A stretch of 64,000 nucleotides of DNA, taken from assembly GCA_036251765.1 (NCBI GenBank), contig JAZANL010000025.1, positions 667 to 64,666 of the forward strand, given 5' to 3'. The position numbers and the translations under genes are program-made. The DNA is from Thermoplasmatota archaeon. GTDB lineage: Archaea > Thermoplasmatota > Poseidoniia > Poseidoniales > Thalassarchaeaceae. Shown here in pieces: positions 18,229 to 29,774 of this stretch (its first letter is position 1; each line of letters starts with the position of its first letter). The notes beneath the pieces were generated by a model. That model worked only from the letters and a program-made list of their open reading frames with translations. It did not search any database and had not been told where the DNA came from.

Positions 18229-21200
18229 ATGAAGGAGATTGTTGAGAGTTATTTCAAACAGAGAAGCCTAGTGAACCATCAGCTTGCTTCGTACGATGAC
18301 TGCATACCAGTCGGAGACGGGAAGGAAAGCAGGATGGAGAAGATCGTTAGAAACATCAGGATCGGAAGCGATGAGCCCGTTGAGGATGATGAGGGAGGAC
18401 TAGTGAAGCTAGATCTTCTGGATAAGGAAATTATTGTCAGACTGAAGAACCTTCGACTGGGCAGGCCCACAATAAAGGAAGCTAACGGGGCAGAGCACCA
18501 TGCCACTCCAATGGAGTGCAGGCTTAGGAAGCTAACATATTTCTCCCCAGTGTACTTGGACTTCAAGATATTCCGCGACGATTTACCACCCTCCCCGGGC
18601 ACTGAGATGGGATTCCAAGAAGAGACCAGCGTACACATCGGGAACCTGCCCATAATGGTTAGGTCTGGCCGATGCAATCTAAACCACAATCATGTAGACG
18701 AAAACAGGCGTCTCTCCCCCGATACGTCCGTTGAAGATTCTGAAAGATACAAACAACTACTGAGGAAATCCGGAGAGGATCCTCTTGACCCCGGTGGATA
18801 CTTCATCATCAACGGAACTGAGAGGGTTCTGATATCTATGGAGGATCTTGCTCCAAACAGAGTTACGGTTGAGAAGAACAAGAAGTATGCACACGAAACT
18901 CAGGTTGCAAAGATTTTCTCTCAGAAGGACGGAGTTAGGAAACCACTCAACGTTGAGAAGAGGAGAGATGGAATGCTGATGGTCAAGATTCCAAGTGCAG
19001 GTACAACACCAATCCCTCTTGTCTTGTTGATGAGGGCTCTCGGAGTGGAAAATGACAGAGAGATATTCGCATCAATAGCCGGTCCCCCGGAGGCAATGAA
19101 ATTTACAGTTGCCAACCTGAACGATTTGAGGGATAACGAGGAATATGGCGTCGATACTTCAGAGGAGGCCCTTGCATGGCTGGAGAAGAAATTCGCAGCA
19201 GGGCAGCAGAAAGAGTATCGTGAATCTCGCATTCAGAATCTCCTAGATAACGAACTCCTGCCCCACTTGGGATCAAGCATAGACAACAGAGAGAAGAAGG
19301 CAATATTCCTAGGAAGAATTGCACGCCAGGTCCTTGAAATGGCAATTAAAGACAAGGACCCAAACGACAAGGATCACTATGCAAACAAGCGTGTAAGATT
19401 GGCCGGTGACCTGATTGAAGACCTATTCAGAGTCAGCCTACAACAGCTTGCTAGAGACTTGAAATATCAGCTCGAGAGGCACCATAACAGGAAGAGGGAA
19501 CTTCGAATCTCCTCTTGCCTCAGGCCAGACGTACTGACTACGAAGATTATGCACGCATTGGCTACAGGAAACTGGGTCGGGGGCAGATCCGGGGTCAGCC
19601 AGCTTCTTGACAGGACCACGTATCTTTCTGCACTTTCCCACATGAGGAGAGTGACTAGCCCGCTCGTGAGGAGCCAACCACACTTCGAGGCAAGGGACTT
19701 GCACCCAACACAATGGGGGCGGCTATGCCCCAACGAAACTCCAGAGGGACAGAATTGCGGACTCGTCAAGAATGCTGCACAAATGATCGACGTCTCGGAG
19801 GAGGTTCCAGAAAGCGATGTGAAGGCTCTGCTAAAGGAAGCAGGCGTCAATGACAACCCCGATGGATGGGCCGACGGCTCCCGTATCCACGTCAATGGTG
19901 ACATCTTCGGTCTGCACAAGAGGCCCCAGAAGCTGGTTAGTCAGTTCAAGAGGAGGAGGAGATCAGGCAGAATCAGGCCCGAGGTGAGCATCAGGCACGA
20001 TCTTGAGAATCGCGATGTTTTCATCAATACTGACAGAGGTAGAATGCTTCGTCCGCTCTTGATTATCGATCATGGCAGCCTTCAGATTACGAAGATGCAT
20101 CTCGAAGGTCTAAGCTCGGGTGAGATAACATTCTCAGATCTAGTTTCTGGAGGTGTTGTTGAGTGGGTTGATGCAGAGGAGGAAGAAGACTTGCTGATCG
20201 CACCGAGACCATTCGATCTCCCTGCTCTTTCCCCCAAGAACAACCGCCCAATCAATCCAGCCAAGGTGGAGTGGACCAACTTGGGCGAACATGGAATTTC
20301 TCATGCTGAAGTTTCTGCAGAGGTAAAGATGCCCAATGGGGAAGTGAAGACTGAGAAGTTCAAAGTCCCACTAAATTACCACCAAGAAAATATAGATGCG
20401 CTGAAGAGAAAGGAGAAGAAGGACAACACAGTCCTCGTCTACACTCACGTCGAGATAGATCCACAACTGATTATGGGTGTTTGCGCGTCCTTGGTACCAT
20501 ATCCAGAGCACAACTCAACTCCCAGGGTTACAGGGGGAACGGCGATGGTCAAGCAAAGCCTCGGAGTTGCTAGTGCTAACTTCCGACTCAGGCCAGATAC
20601 ACGCGCACACGTGATGCATTACCCCCAACGCTCAATTGTTGGAACCAGGGCAATGACGTCAACAAAGTTCGATCAGAGGCCCGGGGGACAGAATTTCGTC
20701 GTGGCAATCGTCAGCCATCATGGATACAATATGCAAGATGCAGTGATAATGAACCGTGCTTCCGTTGAGAGAGCACTTGGACGATCGGCGTTCATCAGGA
20801 CGTACAACGCGGAGAATAAGAGATTCCCAGGCGGACAAGAGGAGAGGATAGAGGTCCCCGGAACCGGCCTTGACGAGATAAAGGGCCTAAAATCGTGGGA
20901 CTCTTATTCGCACCTGGAAAGGGACGGCCTCCCAGTTCCTGAGGTCGAACTCACCAGCCAAGAGGGAGGCAGGGGCATACTCGTAGGGAAGACGAGCCCG
21001 CCCAGATTCCTCGAGGAGTCTCATGGCGCTTTCCTACAAGCCCAAGAAAGGCGTGAATCATCAATGATGGTTAGGCATGGCGAGCAGGGATGGGTCGACA
21101 ACATCTTCGTCACCGAATCGCTCGATTCGGGTAGACTCGTAAGGATAACATTGCGCACCAACAAGATTCCAGAACTCGGTGACAAGTTCGCCAGTCGTCA

Positions 21201-21921
21201 CGGGCAGAAGGGAATCATCGGGAGATTGGTCGAGCAAGAGGATATGCCATTTACGGAAGATGGAGTAATCCCCGACCTTCTGATTAACCCACACGCCATT
21301 CCTTCCAGGATGACGGTTGCTCACGTTCTCGAAATGATTGGTGGAAAGGTAGGTTCGATGGAAGGTAGGAGAATTGATGGCACTGCATTCACCGGTGAGA
21401 AGGAGGAATCACTCCGTTCTGGGCTTCTGAGGAATGGCCTCAGGCACACGGGAAGGGAGTCTATGATTAACGGGGAGACCGGAGAGAGCTTCCCGGTCGA
21501 GACTTTCGTTGGCGTTATTTACTATCAGAGGCTCCACCACCTGGTTAGTAGCAAACTACACGCCCGCAGTAGGGGACGGGTACAGATTCTCACAAGGCAG
21601 CCGACCGAGGGGCGTGCCCGACAGGGCGGTCTACGATTCGGTGAGATGGAGAGGGATTGCCTCATTTCACACGGGGCGTCGATGGTCATCAAAGACAGGC
21701 TTCTGGATGAGTCCGATGGCTGGAATCTGATGGTATGCAACACTCCTCGTTGCGGGCATATCGCCTATTATGACTGGAAGAGGAGGACCACCATTTGCCC
21801 GGTTTGTGGCGATAGGTCGGATGTACATTCGGTACAGACATCTTACGCATTCAAGCTACTCCTGGATGAAATGAAGAGTCTTGGAGTTGCGATGAGACTA
21901 GAACTGGAGGATAGAAGATGA
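18229..21921 (+). CDS. rpoB: RNA polymerase subunit Rpo2 (B), unsplit
   Basis: GGYFIING, ETPEGQNCGL, GDKFASRHGQKG, GLRFGEMERD; GGAGGTG RBS before ATG 18229. Confidence 0.98.
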   Translation: MKEIVESYFKQRSLVNHQLASYDDCIPVGDGKESRMEKIVRNIRIGSDEPVEDDEGGLVKLDLLDKEIIVRLKNLRLGRPTIKEANGAEHHATPMECRLRKLTYFSPVYLDFKIFRDDLPPSPGTEMGFQEETSVHIGNLPIMVRSGRCNLNHNHVDENRRLSPDTSVEDSERYKQLLRKSGEDPLDPGGYFIINGTERVLISMEDLAPNRVTVEKNKKYAHETQVAKIFSQKDGVRKPLNVEKRRDGMLMVKIPSAGTTPIPLVLLMRALGVENDREIFASIAGPPEAMKFTVANLNDLRDNEEYGVDTSEEALAWLEKKFAAGQQKEYRESRIQNLLDNELLPHLGSSIDNREKKAIFLGRIARQVLEMAIKDKDPNDKDHYANKRVRLAGDLIEDLFRVSLQQLARDLKYQLERHHNRKRELRISSCLRPDVLTTKIMHALATGNWVGGRSGVSQLLDRTTYLSALSHMRRVTSPLVRSQPHFEARDLHPTQWGRLCPNETPEGQNCGLVKNAAQMIDVSEEVPESDVKALLKEAGVNDNPDGWADGSRIHVNGDIFGLHKRPQKLVSQFKRRRRSGRIRPEVSIRHDLENRDVFINTDRGRMLRPLLIIDHGSLQITKMHLEGLSSGEITFSDLVSGGVVEWVDAEEEEDLLIAPRPFDLPALSPKNNRPINPAKVEWTNLGEHGISHAEVSAEVKMPNGEVKTEKFKVPLNYHQENIDALKRKEKKDNTVLVYTHVEIDPQLIMGVCASLVPYPEHNSTPRVTGGTAMVKQSLGVASANFRLRPDTRAHVMHYPQRSIVGTRAMTSTKFDQRPGGQNFVVAIVSHHGYNMQDAVIMNRASVERALGRSAFIRTYNAENKRFPGGQEERIEVPGTGLDEIKGLKSWDSYSHLERDGLPVPEVELTSQEGGRGILVGKTSPPRFLEESHGAFLQAQERRESSMMVRHGEQGWVDNIFVTESLDSGRLVRITLRTNKIPELGDKFASRHGQKGIIGRLVEQEDMPFTEDGVIPDLLINPHAIPSRMTVAHVLEMIGGKVGSMEGRRIDGTAFTGEKEESLRSGLLRNGLRHTGRESMINGETGESFPVETFVGVIYYQRLHHLVSSKLHARSRGRVQILTRQPTEGRARQGGLRFGEMERDCLISHGASMVIKDRLLDESDGWNLMVCNTPRCGHIAYYDWKRRTTICPVCGDRSDVHSVQTSYAFKLLLDEMKSLGVAMRLELEDRR

Positions 21922-24900
21922 GCGCCCGCGATGCAGCCAAGATACCAAAGAGGATCGACTCTATTAGATTCACATTGATGGATCCCAACGAAATAAGGAA
22001 GATGTCTTCAGTTGAGGTAAAGACTGCGGATACTTACAAGGACGATGGTCACGCATTCAAGCAGGGGCTAATGGATCCCAAAATGGGGGTAATCGATCCC
22101 GGCATAAGGTGTGAGACCTGCGGCAACAAGCATGAGGAGTGCCCCAGTCACTTCGGACACATAGCCCTTGAACTTCCAGTGATGCACATCGGCTTCACGG
22201 GGTTGATCAAGACTTGCCTGAAGACCACCTGCAACACTTGCAGCAAGGCACTACTGCTCGATGCCCCGGAGTCACATCCTACCGACCCTGAGAAGTCTGA
22301 GCAGGACTATTACAGGGACCGTGTAAACGACATCATACTGAAGCATGGAGTGGGTGGCAGGGAGTTCAAGAAGATAATCAAGGACATCGAGAATCTCTGT
22401 GCCGGTGCAAAGAGGGCAATTTGCATGCACTGCGGTGCGGAACAAGGCAAGATAATCTTGGACAAGCCTACGACCTTTAAAGAAAAGAAGGCTGACAAGG
22501 GAGAGCACAAGCTGAATGCCAGAGATATCAGGGAGTGGCTCGAGAAGATCCCCGACGAGCATCTAATTTTCGTTGGAATGGAGAAAGACGTCAGTAGGCC
22601 AGAATGGACGATAATGAAGGTTCTTCCAGTCCCCCCAATTACCGTACGACCGTCAATCACACTAGAGAGTGGTGATAGATCTGAAGACGATCTAACTCAC
22701 AAGTTGGTCGATGTTCTGAGGATTAATCAGCGACTAAGGGAGAATCGTGACTCGGGTGCCCCACAGCTAATAGTGGAAGATCTCTGGGAACTTCTACAAT
22801 ACCACTGCACAACCTACTTCGACAATCAGACTAGTGGAATCCCCCCAGCAAGACATCGATCTGGACGACCCCTCAAGACTCTCTCTCAGAGATTAAAGGG
22901 CAAAGAAGGAAGGTTCAGGAGCAACCTATCAGGAAAGAGGGTGAATTTCTGCGCAAGGACCGTAATCAGCCCGGATCCAAATCTCGGAATTAACGAAGTC
23001 GGCGTGCCTGTAAAGACAGCGAAGGAACTAACGGTCCCTATCAGGGCTACTAGTAGAAACCGCGAACAATTGAGGCAGATGATACTCCGTGGCCCCGATG
23101 TCCATCCTGGTGTGAACTATATCATCAGGGGTGACAGATTCAGAGTGAGGATTACTGATAGAACCAAGTACATCTGGGCCGGCTTCAGATGTTTGAACCC
23201 GGAATGCCATTCTGGAAGCGAGGAAGAACCCTACATGGGCTATAGGCCAGACCTAAATGAGGTGCTACCAGCTCCAAACTTCCTTCCCGGACTAGTCCTA
23301 AAAGAGCAGATGCGGAGAGATCCGATCACCGATGAGCTAGTGCCCGAATGGAACGTTGACCTCGACCGAACTCTCTCTAACCTAAGAGGCGAAGGAGAAG
23401 ATGGAAAGCCATTGGCCGAAGATGACCCAGATGCAGCAATTCACTACAGATGGAAGTGGGAGGTAAATAATCCTGAAGAATATCTTCCAGAGCACCTAGA
23501 GGTGAAGTGTCCACACTGTGGTAGCCCTGAGGTTGAAGACGAGCATGGCAATGTCTACCCGACTGAGACGGAAGACAGACTTAGCACATACGACAGAGAA
23601 GGAAACCCTCGCCCCGGAGTAGTAGTTGAAAGGCATTTGATTGACGGAGACGTGACTATTTTCAATCGTCAACCATCCCTGCACCGGATGTCAATGCTCG
23701 TCCACGAGATTAGAGTAATGGAAGGCAAGACGTTCAGGTTCAATCTAGCCGATTGCACCCCATACAATGCAGATTTCGATGGTGATGAGATGAACCTCCA
23801 CGTTATTCAGAGCGAGGAAGCCAGAGCAGAAGCCAGAATCTTGATGAGGGTCCAAGAGCACATTATCTCCCCGAGGTATGGTGGTAGCGTTATCGGGGGG
23901 ATCCACGACCACATCACTGGTGCATACCTACTTACCCACGGAGAGGCCTTCCTGCCAATGCATGTTGCAATGGATGTGTTAAGCTCAATCGGATGGGAGG
24001 GTGAATTGCCAGAAGCAGTAGAGAGGAACGGACAGACTGGATACCTTGGAAACCAAATCTTCAGCCTATTGGTACGTGGGGGATTCAGCCTGAACTTCAA
24101 GAATAGAGCCGGGGAAGACGTACAAGTATCTCAAGGAGATGTTTCTGGCTCTATCGATAAGAGAGGAATAGGTGCCGAAGACGGCAGACTCCTAGATGCG
24201 GTAGTGCAGACGCATGGGACCGACCTTGGAGCAGACTTCATCAACAAGATGACCAAGATGACCATCGCTATTTGTACAGCAATGGGCTTCACAACGGGGA
24301 TTGATGACGAGGATCTTCCACCCGAGGCAAAGGAGGAGATTGACAGAATTAATGCTGAGGCCAGCACCAACGTGGATGCCGAATTGGAGAAATTCGGAAA
24401 GGACGGTAGGAAGTACGAGGCTAGACCAGGGAGGACTCCCCATGAGACCCTAGAAGAGAACATCCTTACAATTCTGGACGCAGCCAAGGCCGAGACTGGA
24501 AACGTCGCCAAGGCACTACTAGGCGATGACAACTCAGCGGTACTGATGGCCACTTCCGGTGCTAGAGGGTCTATGGACAACCTAGCGATGATGGCCGGAT
24601 CAATCGGACAACCGAAAGTTAGGGGCAAGAGGCTTGAGAGAGGATACCAAGACCGCGTCCTTTCCCACTTCCCCAGGAAGGTAAAGGGTGCCAAGGAGAA
24701 GGGCTTCGTTTCCTCTTCATTCAAGAGGGGCCTAGAACCCACTGAATTCTTCATGCTATCAGTATCAGGAAGGGAGTCCTTGGTTGATACAGCAGTTAGG
24801 ACGAGCAAATCTGGATACATGCAACGGCGTCTGATTAATGCAATGGACGACCTAAAGGTTTCAAACGACCCGATGGCTTCGGTTAGAAATACCGCTAACC

Positions 24901-25013
24901 GAATAATCCAATTCGAATACGGAGAAGACGGCACAGATCCTGCTAGGAGCAGGAAAGGAAGCCCATTCGACGTGGACCAAGTTCTGAATGACGCATTGGG
25001 AGGTGCTAACTGA
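21918..25013 (+). CDS. rpoA1: RNA polymerase subunit Rpo1N (A')
   Basis: NADFDGD catalytic motif, clamp Zn motifs, [11 protein letters not shown]. Confidence 0.98.
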   Translation: MSARDAAKIPKRIDSIRFTLMDPNEIRKMSSVEVKTADTYKDDGHAFKQGLMDPKMGVIDPGIRCETCGNKHEECPSHFGHIALELPVMHIGFTGLIKTCLKTTCNTCSKALLLDAPESHPTDPEKSEQDYYRDRVNDIILKHGVGGREFKKIIKDIENLCAGAKRAICMHCGAEQGKIILDKPTTFKEKKADKGEHKLNARDIREWLEKIPDEHLIFVGMEKDVSRPEWTIMKVLPVPPITVRPSITLESGDRSEDDLTHKLVDVLRINQRLRENRDSGAPQLIVEDLWELLQYHCTTYFDNQTSGIPPARHRSGRPLKTLSQRLKGKEGRFRSNLSGKRVNFCARTVISPDPNLGINEVGVPVKTAKELTVPIRATSRNREQLRQMILRGPDVHPGVNYIIRGDRFRVRITDRTKYIWAGFRCLNPECHSGSEEEPYMGYRPDLNEVLPAPNFLPGLVLKEQMRRDPITDELVPEWNVDLDRTLSNLRGEGEDGKPLAEDDPDAAIHYRWKWEVNNPEEYLPEHLEVKCPHCGSPEVEDEHGNVYPTETEDRLSTYDREGNPRPGVVVERHLIDGDVTIFNRQPSLHRMSMLVHEIRVMEGKTFRFNLADCTPYNADFDGDEMNLHVIQSEEARAEARILMRVQEHIISPRYGGSVIGGIHDHITGAYLLTHGEAFLPMHVAMDVLSSIGWEGELPEAVERNGQTGYLGNQIFSLLVRGGFSLNFKNRAGEDVQVSQGDVSGSIDKRGIGAEDGRLLDAVVQTHGTDLGADFINKMTKMTIAICTAMGFTTGIDDEDLPPEAKEEIDRINAEASTNVDAELEKFGKDGRKYEARPGRTPHETLEENILTILDAAKAETGNVAKALLGDDNSAVLMATSGARGSMDNLAMMAGSIGQPKVRGKRLERGYQDRVLSHFPRKVKGAKEKGFVSSSFKRGLEPTEFFMLSVSGRESLVDTAVRTSKSGYMQRRLINAMDDLKVSNDPMASVRNTANRIIQFEYGEDGTDPARSRKGSPFDVDQVLNDALGGAN

Positions 25014-26593
25014 TGGTAGTCAAGAGTGCGACAAAGAAGAAACTGATGGATCTGGGAATCGAGGAAGAGTATGCACACAAGCTCGCCGATGACAGAAAAT
25101 GGGATGACGTGAAGGGACTCTCTCCCGGGCAAATTGCTCAGATATGCGGAATAGACTCGGGAACTTCACAGCGAATACACGATGTAATGGCAAGCTCTGT
25201 AAAATCATCCAGAGCCTCCGCTGCAAGCTCCGAGAAGACTATTGTACGGCGTCGAACAGTCTCTCGACGTCGAAGAACTACTCGTTCCCTACCATTGCAG
25301 GATTACGACTACGATTCAAAAATGAAGCAACTAATCCGTGACATTGATCACGAGGATGAGATGTACATACAACTCAACAAAGCCGCAGAAAAAGAAGGCT
25401 CTAGCATGACTCCAATGATGATTGACCAACTGGTCAAGGGACTCCACAGCAGAGGGGAGAAGAAACTGACTGATGCCAAGGCAAAGAAGATCATCAATTC
25501 TGCAAATAACTTCTACATGGATTCCAAGGCAGTCCCTCACGAAGCCGTCGGTATCACAACTGCTCAATCAATTGGCGAACCGGGGACTCAGATGACAATG
25601 CGTACCTTCCACTACGCTGGTGTGGCAACTGTAAACGTCACCCAGGGTCTTCCAAGGATTATCGAGATTGTCGATGCTAGGAAGGTGCCTAAGACCCCAA
25701 CAATGATAATTTACATGGATGAGAAGAACTCTAAGGGCAAGCCCCTAAGGACCAATGAAAAGCTCGTCAGAGATCTAGCAGCCTCAATAGAGACTACCAC
25801 TGCAATGGACATAGCCACTATCGATGTGGACGTCGCCCAGCGGAACATAGTACTTCAATTGAACAATAGCAATATGAGGCTGAAGAAGATGAATGGAGCC
25901 GAGGTTAGGGACAAACTATCCCGCGCACTCAGGCTTTACGTCCAAGCAGATGACGAAGATCGCCCTAAGTCACTAAGGATAATTCCCGGGGTTTCAAAGG
26001 AAGAGGATCTTGCTGACCTTGCATCAGACCCACCGACATATACGGCGCTCCTGCAACTAGAAGACAAGATCAAGAAACTCCGTCTGAAGGGACTTCCTGG
26101 AATCAGTAGAGCCACCGTACAAGGACCCATGTCAGAAACAGGTGAGTACTACATTTCCACAATCGGCTCCAATCTTTCGAAGGTCAGCGAGTTCGATGGC
26201 GTGGATAGATCGAGAACTTACACCAACAATATCAACGAGATTCATGACTACCTGGGGATTGAGGCTGCTCGTCAGGCGATAATTAACGAAATGTGGGACA
26301 CACTCGAAGGAGCCGGGCTTGATGTGGATGTTAGACACCTCATCATGGTTTCAGATGTTATGACAACCGGCGGTGAAGTTAGGGCAATAGGGCGTCACGG
26401 TGTCAGCGGGACCAAGCACTCGATTCTTGCCAGATCAGCCTTCGAGGTTACTGTCACCCATCTATTGAAGGCTGGTGTAATCGGTGAGAGAGACATGCTA
26501 TCGGGTGTGACTGAGAACATCATTGTCGGTCAGCCGGTGGCTTTGGGTACTGGCAGCGTCGAGCTATTCTACATACCAGAAGAAACCAATTGA
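25013..26593 (+). CDS. rpoA2: RNA polymerase subunit Rpo1C (A'') with N-terminal extension
   Basis: [41 protein letters not shown]. Confidence 0.97.
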   Translation: MVVKSATKKKLMDLGIEEEYAHKLADDRKWDDVKGLSPGQIAQICGIDSGTSQRIHDVMASSVKSSRASAASSEKTIVRRRTVSRRRRTTRSLPLQDYDYDSKMKQLIRDIDHEDEMYIQLNKAAEKEGSSMTPMMIDQLVKGLHSRGEKKLTDAKAKKIINSANNFYMDSKAVPHEAVGITTAQSIGEPGTQMTMRTFHYAGVATVNVTQGLPRIIEIVDARKVPKTPTMIIYMDEKNSKGKPLRTNEKLVRDLAASIETTTAMDIATIDVDVAQRNIVLQLNNSNMRLKKMNGAEVRDKLSRALRLYVQADDEDRPKSLRIIPGVSKEEDLADLASDPPTYTALLQLEDKIKKLRLKGLPGISRATVQGPMSETGEYYISTIGSNLSKVSEFDGVDRSRTYTNNINEIHDYLGIEAARQAIINEMWDTLEGAGLDVDVRHLIMVSDVMTTGGEVRAIGRHGVSGTKHSILARSAFEVTVTHLLKAGVIGERDMLSGVTENIIVGQPVALGTGSVELFYIPEETN

Positions 26594-26603
26594 GGTGAAA
26601 GGA

Positions 26604-26900
26604 ATGGACATAGCTAGGCAATTGAAGCAAGGAATAAACACCGGAAACATTGTTTTCGGTCAAAGGCAGACATCATCTGAGTGCTCCAAGGGAGGGGCGA
26701 AAATGGTCCTAGTTGCCGCCAACTGCCCTGAATCATTTATCGATGAACTTCGGAACTCACATCCATCTGTGCCAGTTCACCAGGTTACGTTGGTGAATCG
26801 GCAGCTTGGAGCAGCGTGTGGAAAACCATTCCCAGTAAGCTCCCTATGCATCATAGATGCTGGCCAGAGCGACTTGCTCCAACTCGCACCCAATCTTTGA
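26604..26900 (+). CDS. rpl30e: 50S ribosomal protein L30e
   Basis: GAKMVLVAANCP, LGAACGKPFPVS; GAGGTGA RBS; canonical position after rpoA2. Confidence 0.93.
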   Translation: MDIARQLKQGINTGNIVFGQRQTSSECSKGGAKMVLVAANCPESFIDELRNSHPSVPVHQVTLVNRQLGAACGKPFPVSSLCIIDAGQSDLLQLAPNL

Positions 26901-26968
26901 TTGGATAATCGTCCTCAGAAACTATTTTCTTGGGTTTTCTTCAAAGTCACACCCTTCGCCCTAGATCT

Positions 26969-27889
26969 ATGGAAGAGGCGTTGCGGGATCTTCTCAGAAT
27001 AAAAGCTGTTAACCTCCGCACCCAGAAAGTGGGCTCTGTAGCGCCCGGCTTCACCTTCCTGGGCGTCGCCAATGCAATCCCAGATTTGGAAATACACTCG
27101 AATGAGGTTTTTATTTGGCATGCCAAAGCCGGAATATTGCCAATCACTGAGAGTGAGATAATCAGGTTTGGAATGGATGCACCCAATGGCCTCAACATAA
27201 TCCTGAGTGAAAGGCCCGTTCATTCGGAATGCCACTCGGTAGCTACTTTCAATTTCAGAATTCTTGAACCCGAGGAAGTTTCCATGTGGGTCGGAAAGGC
27301 CGTTCTATCAGGAGATTTGATTGCAACCGCTAAGGATGAAGTAGAGGACCAAATGGAACGATTAGAACATGAAAAAAGAACCCAGAAACTGTTAGTTCTG
27401 AACCCAGTCATTGAGATCAAGGAATGGTCTTCACAACGTGGAATGGATGGTTTCTCTTCAACCCCCATTCTCCTAAGGGCACGACTGTGGTCGGTATCGG
27501 GGGAATTGAAAGGGCCCGATGGTGAAAGAGAATCCGGTGAATGGGTGATTCTTGAGGATCCGTGGTCAAAAACCGTGTCTCTAATGAATGATATTCACAA
27601 TCTCCGCCAGGCACCAATTCTGAGGACTATTGAACCACAGAATTCCAATTGGCTTACTCCTGATAGGATAAATCAAGAATTGTCCAAAGCCATCGAGGAA
27701 AGGAGGAGAGGGGGCTCAGGAGAGATCAGTGATTCAGGAACCGTCCGTAGCATGCTTCTACAGAAATGGTCTTTGGACTCCGAAAGAGCCAGAATTGCCG
27801 ATTGCAAGATAATGATTCCTGGATGGCTAATACACTTTGAATCCGAAAAGATTCTGCACGGACGTAACGGTCGCCTATACGATTACTAA
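26969..27889 (+). CDS. Hypothetical protein
   Basis: Long ORF with globular composition; no recognised motif. Confidence 0.7.
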   Translation: MEEALRDLLRIKAVNLRTQKVGSVAPGFTFLGVANAIPDLEIHSNEVFIWHAKAGILPITESEIIRFGMDAPNGLNIILSERPVHSECHSVATFNFRILEPEEVSMWVGKAVLSGDLIATAKDEVEDQMERLEHEKRTQKLLVLNPVIEIKEWSSQRGMDGFSSTPILLRARLWSVSGELKGPDGERESGEWVILEDPWSKTVSLMNDIHNLRQAPILRTIEPQNSNWLTPDRINQELSKAIEERRRGGSGEISDSGTVRSMLLQKWSLDSERARIADCKIMIPGWLIHFESEKILHGRNGRLYDY

Positions 27890-28749
27890 TTCCTCTGTAG
27901 CAGCATCATATCTTCATCCGAGAGGGTTTGACCCTCCATAAGCCTAGACATTAAGTCAGTAACTTCAACCCTCTCCGAATCCTGCTCTTTCTTTGTTCCT
28001 GATAACTTCAGAATATCCTGCATAGAATGAATACACCGGAGGGAGATGATGTATTTGTTGTGTAAATCATCAGCTTCACCCTTAGTTGCAGTTAGTCCTA
28101 GATGTTCTGAATTTGCCATCCCCCTGAGCCTATCAACTTCATTTGAAAGCTCCATCATCAGGGAGTGGGCCTCCTCTGACTTCTCGGAAGCGTCGGTTAC
28201 AGCATCATGTGCTTTCTGCTGCCTCTTCTCAGCTTGCTTCACTTCCTTCAGAACAGAAGAGCTACTCGCTTCCTCTTCCTTTTTGAGCAATTTAAATTCA
28301 GTCTGCAACCTCTTCATTGTCGCATAGAAGTCCCTCTCCTTCTTTGGGCTAATTTGACCTGTCTGATGCCGCCACTCCAGCTTATTCATCTGCTCGCGAA
28401 TTTTTCGGGATCCTGGGCCCTTCCTCTTTTTGCCTTTGTCTTGATCATTATTTTCAACCGAGCTCCTCAATTTAGCCCTAACTTCCTTTAATTCATTTGT
28501 CTTCTCGAGCCTAATCTTCCTAAGTTCTGCGACCCTACTATTTGCCTCATTCCGCAATGTCTTCTGCTTCTGCACTTCGGTGATCAATTGCTTCACTTGA
28601 CTATTTATCTCATTCCTCTTGTCTAATTGACCTCTGACTTTCACGTTGAGTTGGTCACGTCTTGTTTTGAAATCTGTCAGCTTATCACTAACCAACTGAG
28701 TTTTCGTTTCGAAAACTTGACTAAAATTCGACTGATTGAGTTCCAACAA
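27886..28749 (-). CDS. Archaeal coiled-coil protein (COG1340-like)
   Basis: Heptad-rich; LEWRHQT and GQTLSDEDMMLLQ terminus typical of the family. Confidence 0.8.
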   Translation of the reverse strand: MLELNQSNFSQVFETKTQLVSDKLTDFKTRRDQLNVKVRGQLDKRNEINSQVKQLITEVQKQKTLRNEANSRVAELRKIRLEKTNELKEVRAKLRSSVENNDQDKGKKRKGPGSRKIREQMNKLEWRHQTGQISPKKERDFYATMKRLQTEFKLLKKEEEASSSSVLKEVKQAEKRQQKAHDAVTDASEKSEEAHSLMMELSNEVDRLRGMANSEHLGLTATKGEADDLHNKYIISLRCIHSMQDILKLSGTKKEQDSERVEVTDLMSRLMEGQTLSDEDMMLLQRN

Positions 28750-28808
28750 CTACCCTCAGAGATGCCCAATTGAAGCCTCCATTTAAGGAATACCGAGTTT
28801 TTACACCC

Positions 28809-29774
28809 CTATTCCCTTCTAGTGGCAACTCTACCTTGCCTACTCCCTCTTCTGGATACTCCAATCTTTCTGCTCTTTTTCCTAGGCCTGGACACCCTTT
28901 TCGAATCATCCGAACCTTCCTTTTTAGTTCCTGAAATTGTTGAGAGGCCCCCAGATTCTAGCAATGCCCCCAACTCATCTGTGCTAAGGGAGCCGCCCTT
29001 GGCCGCAATTCCACGAATGTCTTCTATGCTGGAGAAGTCTCCACGGCCAGAAGAGATTCTCGAATACCTCTCTACCCTTTTCAATTCCTTTCTCTCAACC
29101 TTAACTGATCTTTTCTTTGCCTCAATATTATTGTCGATTGATGAAATCCTCTTGCTGATTCTCCGTATCTCTTTCCTGCTGATTTTCTCGTCTTCAATTT
29201 CTACATTATCTTTGAGATCAGACACTACCTTGTCCGAGACTTCTTTGTTCTGATCCAACTTCGTAGAAATCTTCCTCATTTCACTAACTCTGTTGATATA
29301 ATCGGAATGAGCCTTTTCTGCCTCTTTCTTTTTCTTAATTGATGCCTGAATCTCGAAGAATCTGCTGAATGCAGTTAGCTCCGGATTTAGCATTGGTACA
29401 GCAGTCAGATCATTATCTATGCTGGTAAGGGATTGGAATGTATCACTCAACCATTCTTCTAGAATCTTTGACGGAGGCGGAACACACTTGTTGATTGAGT
29501 CCCGCTTCTCTCGTTGTTTTTGAGCATCCTTTCTTGATGCGTGAAATTCTCCTAGCAACTTCTTTCTCCCTGAATCAGAATGCTCGAAGCCTACTATTGC
29601 AGACCTCAAAGCCTTGACTATGTGCACTTGCTCCTTCCTCTCAGATTGAAGATCCCTAATCTCCCCTTCAATAGAGCGTAACATAGCCTTCTTTTCTTTG
29701 ACCATTCTACTGACTCCTTCTGCATCCAAAACCTTGAGGTCTTCCCAATTGTTGGTTTCAGGGCTGTCGCTCAT
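28809..29774 (-). CDS. Coiled-coil protein (divergent COG1340-like) with basic tail
   Basis: Heptad-rich; GGSLSTDEL; tail RKKSRKIGVSRRG. Confidence 0.75.
   Translation of the reverse strand: MSDSPETNNWEDLKVLDAEGVSRMVKEKKAMLRSIEGEIRDLQSERKEQVHIVKALRSAIVGFEHSDSGRKKLLGEFHASRKDAQKQREKRDSINKCVPPPSKILEEWLSDTFQSLTSIDNDLTAVPMLNPELTAFSRFFEIQASIKKKKEAEKAHSDYINRVSEMRKISTKLDQNKEVSDKVVSDLKDNVEIEDEKISRKEIRRISKRISSIDNNIEAKKRSVKVERKELKRVERYSRISSGRGDFSSIEDIRGIAAKGGSLSTDELGALLESGGLSTISGTKKEGSDDSKRVSRPRKKSRKIGVSRRGSRQGRVATRRE

Noticed and set aside
23160..23612. Possible intein in RpoA'
   Set aside because: The insert has a CL dipeptide but no terminal (H)N-[CST] junction or recognisable splicing blocks; paired CxxC-like motifs fit a Zn domain better
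24131..25132. 333-aa antisense ORF and the many other shadow ORFs in the track
   Set aside because: They lie opposite or out of frame with well-supported genes and have no motifs
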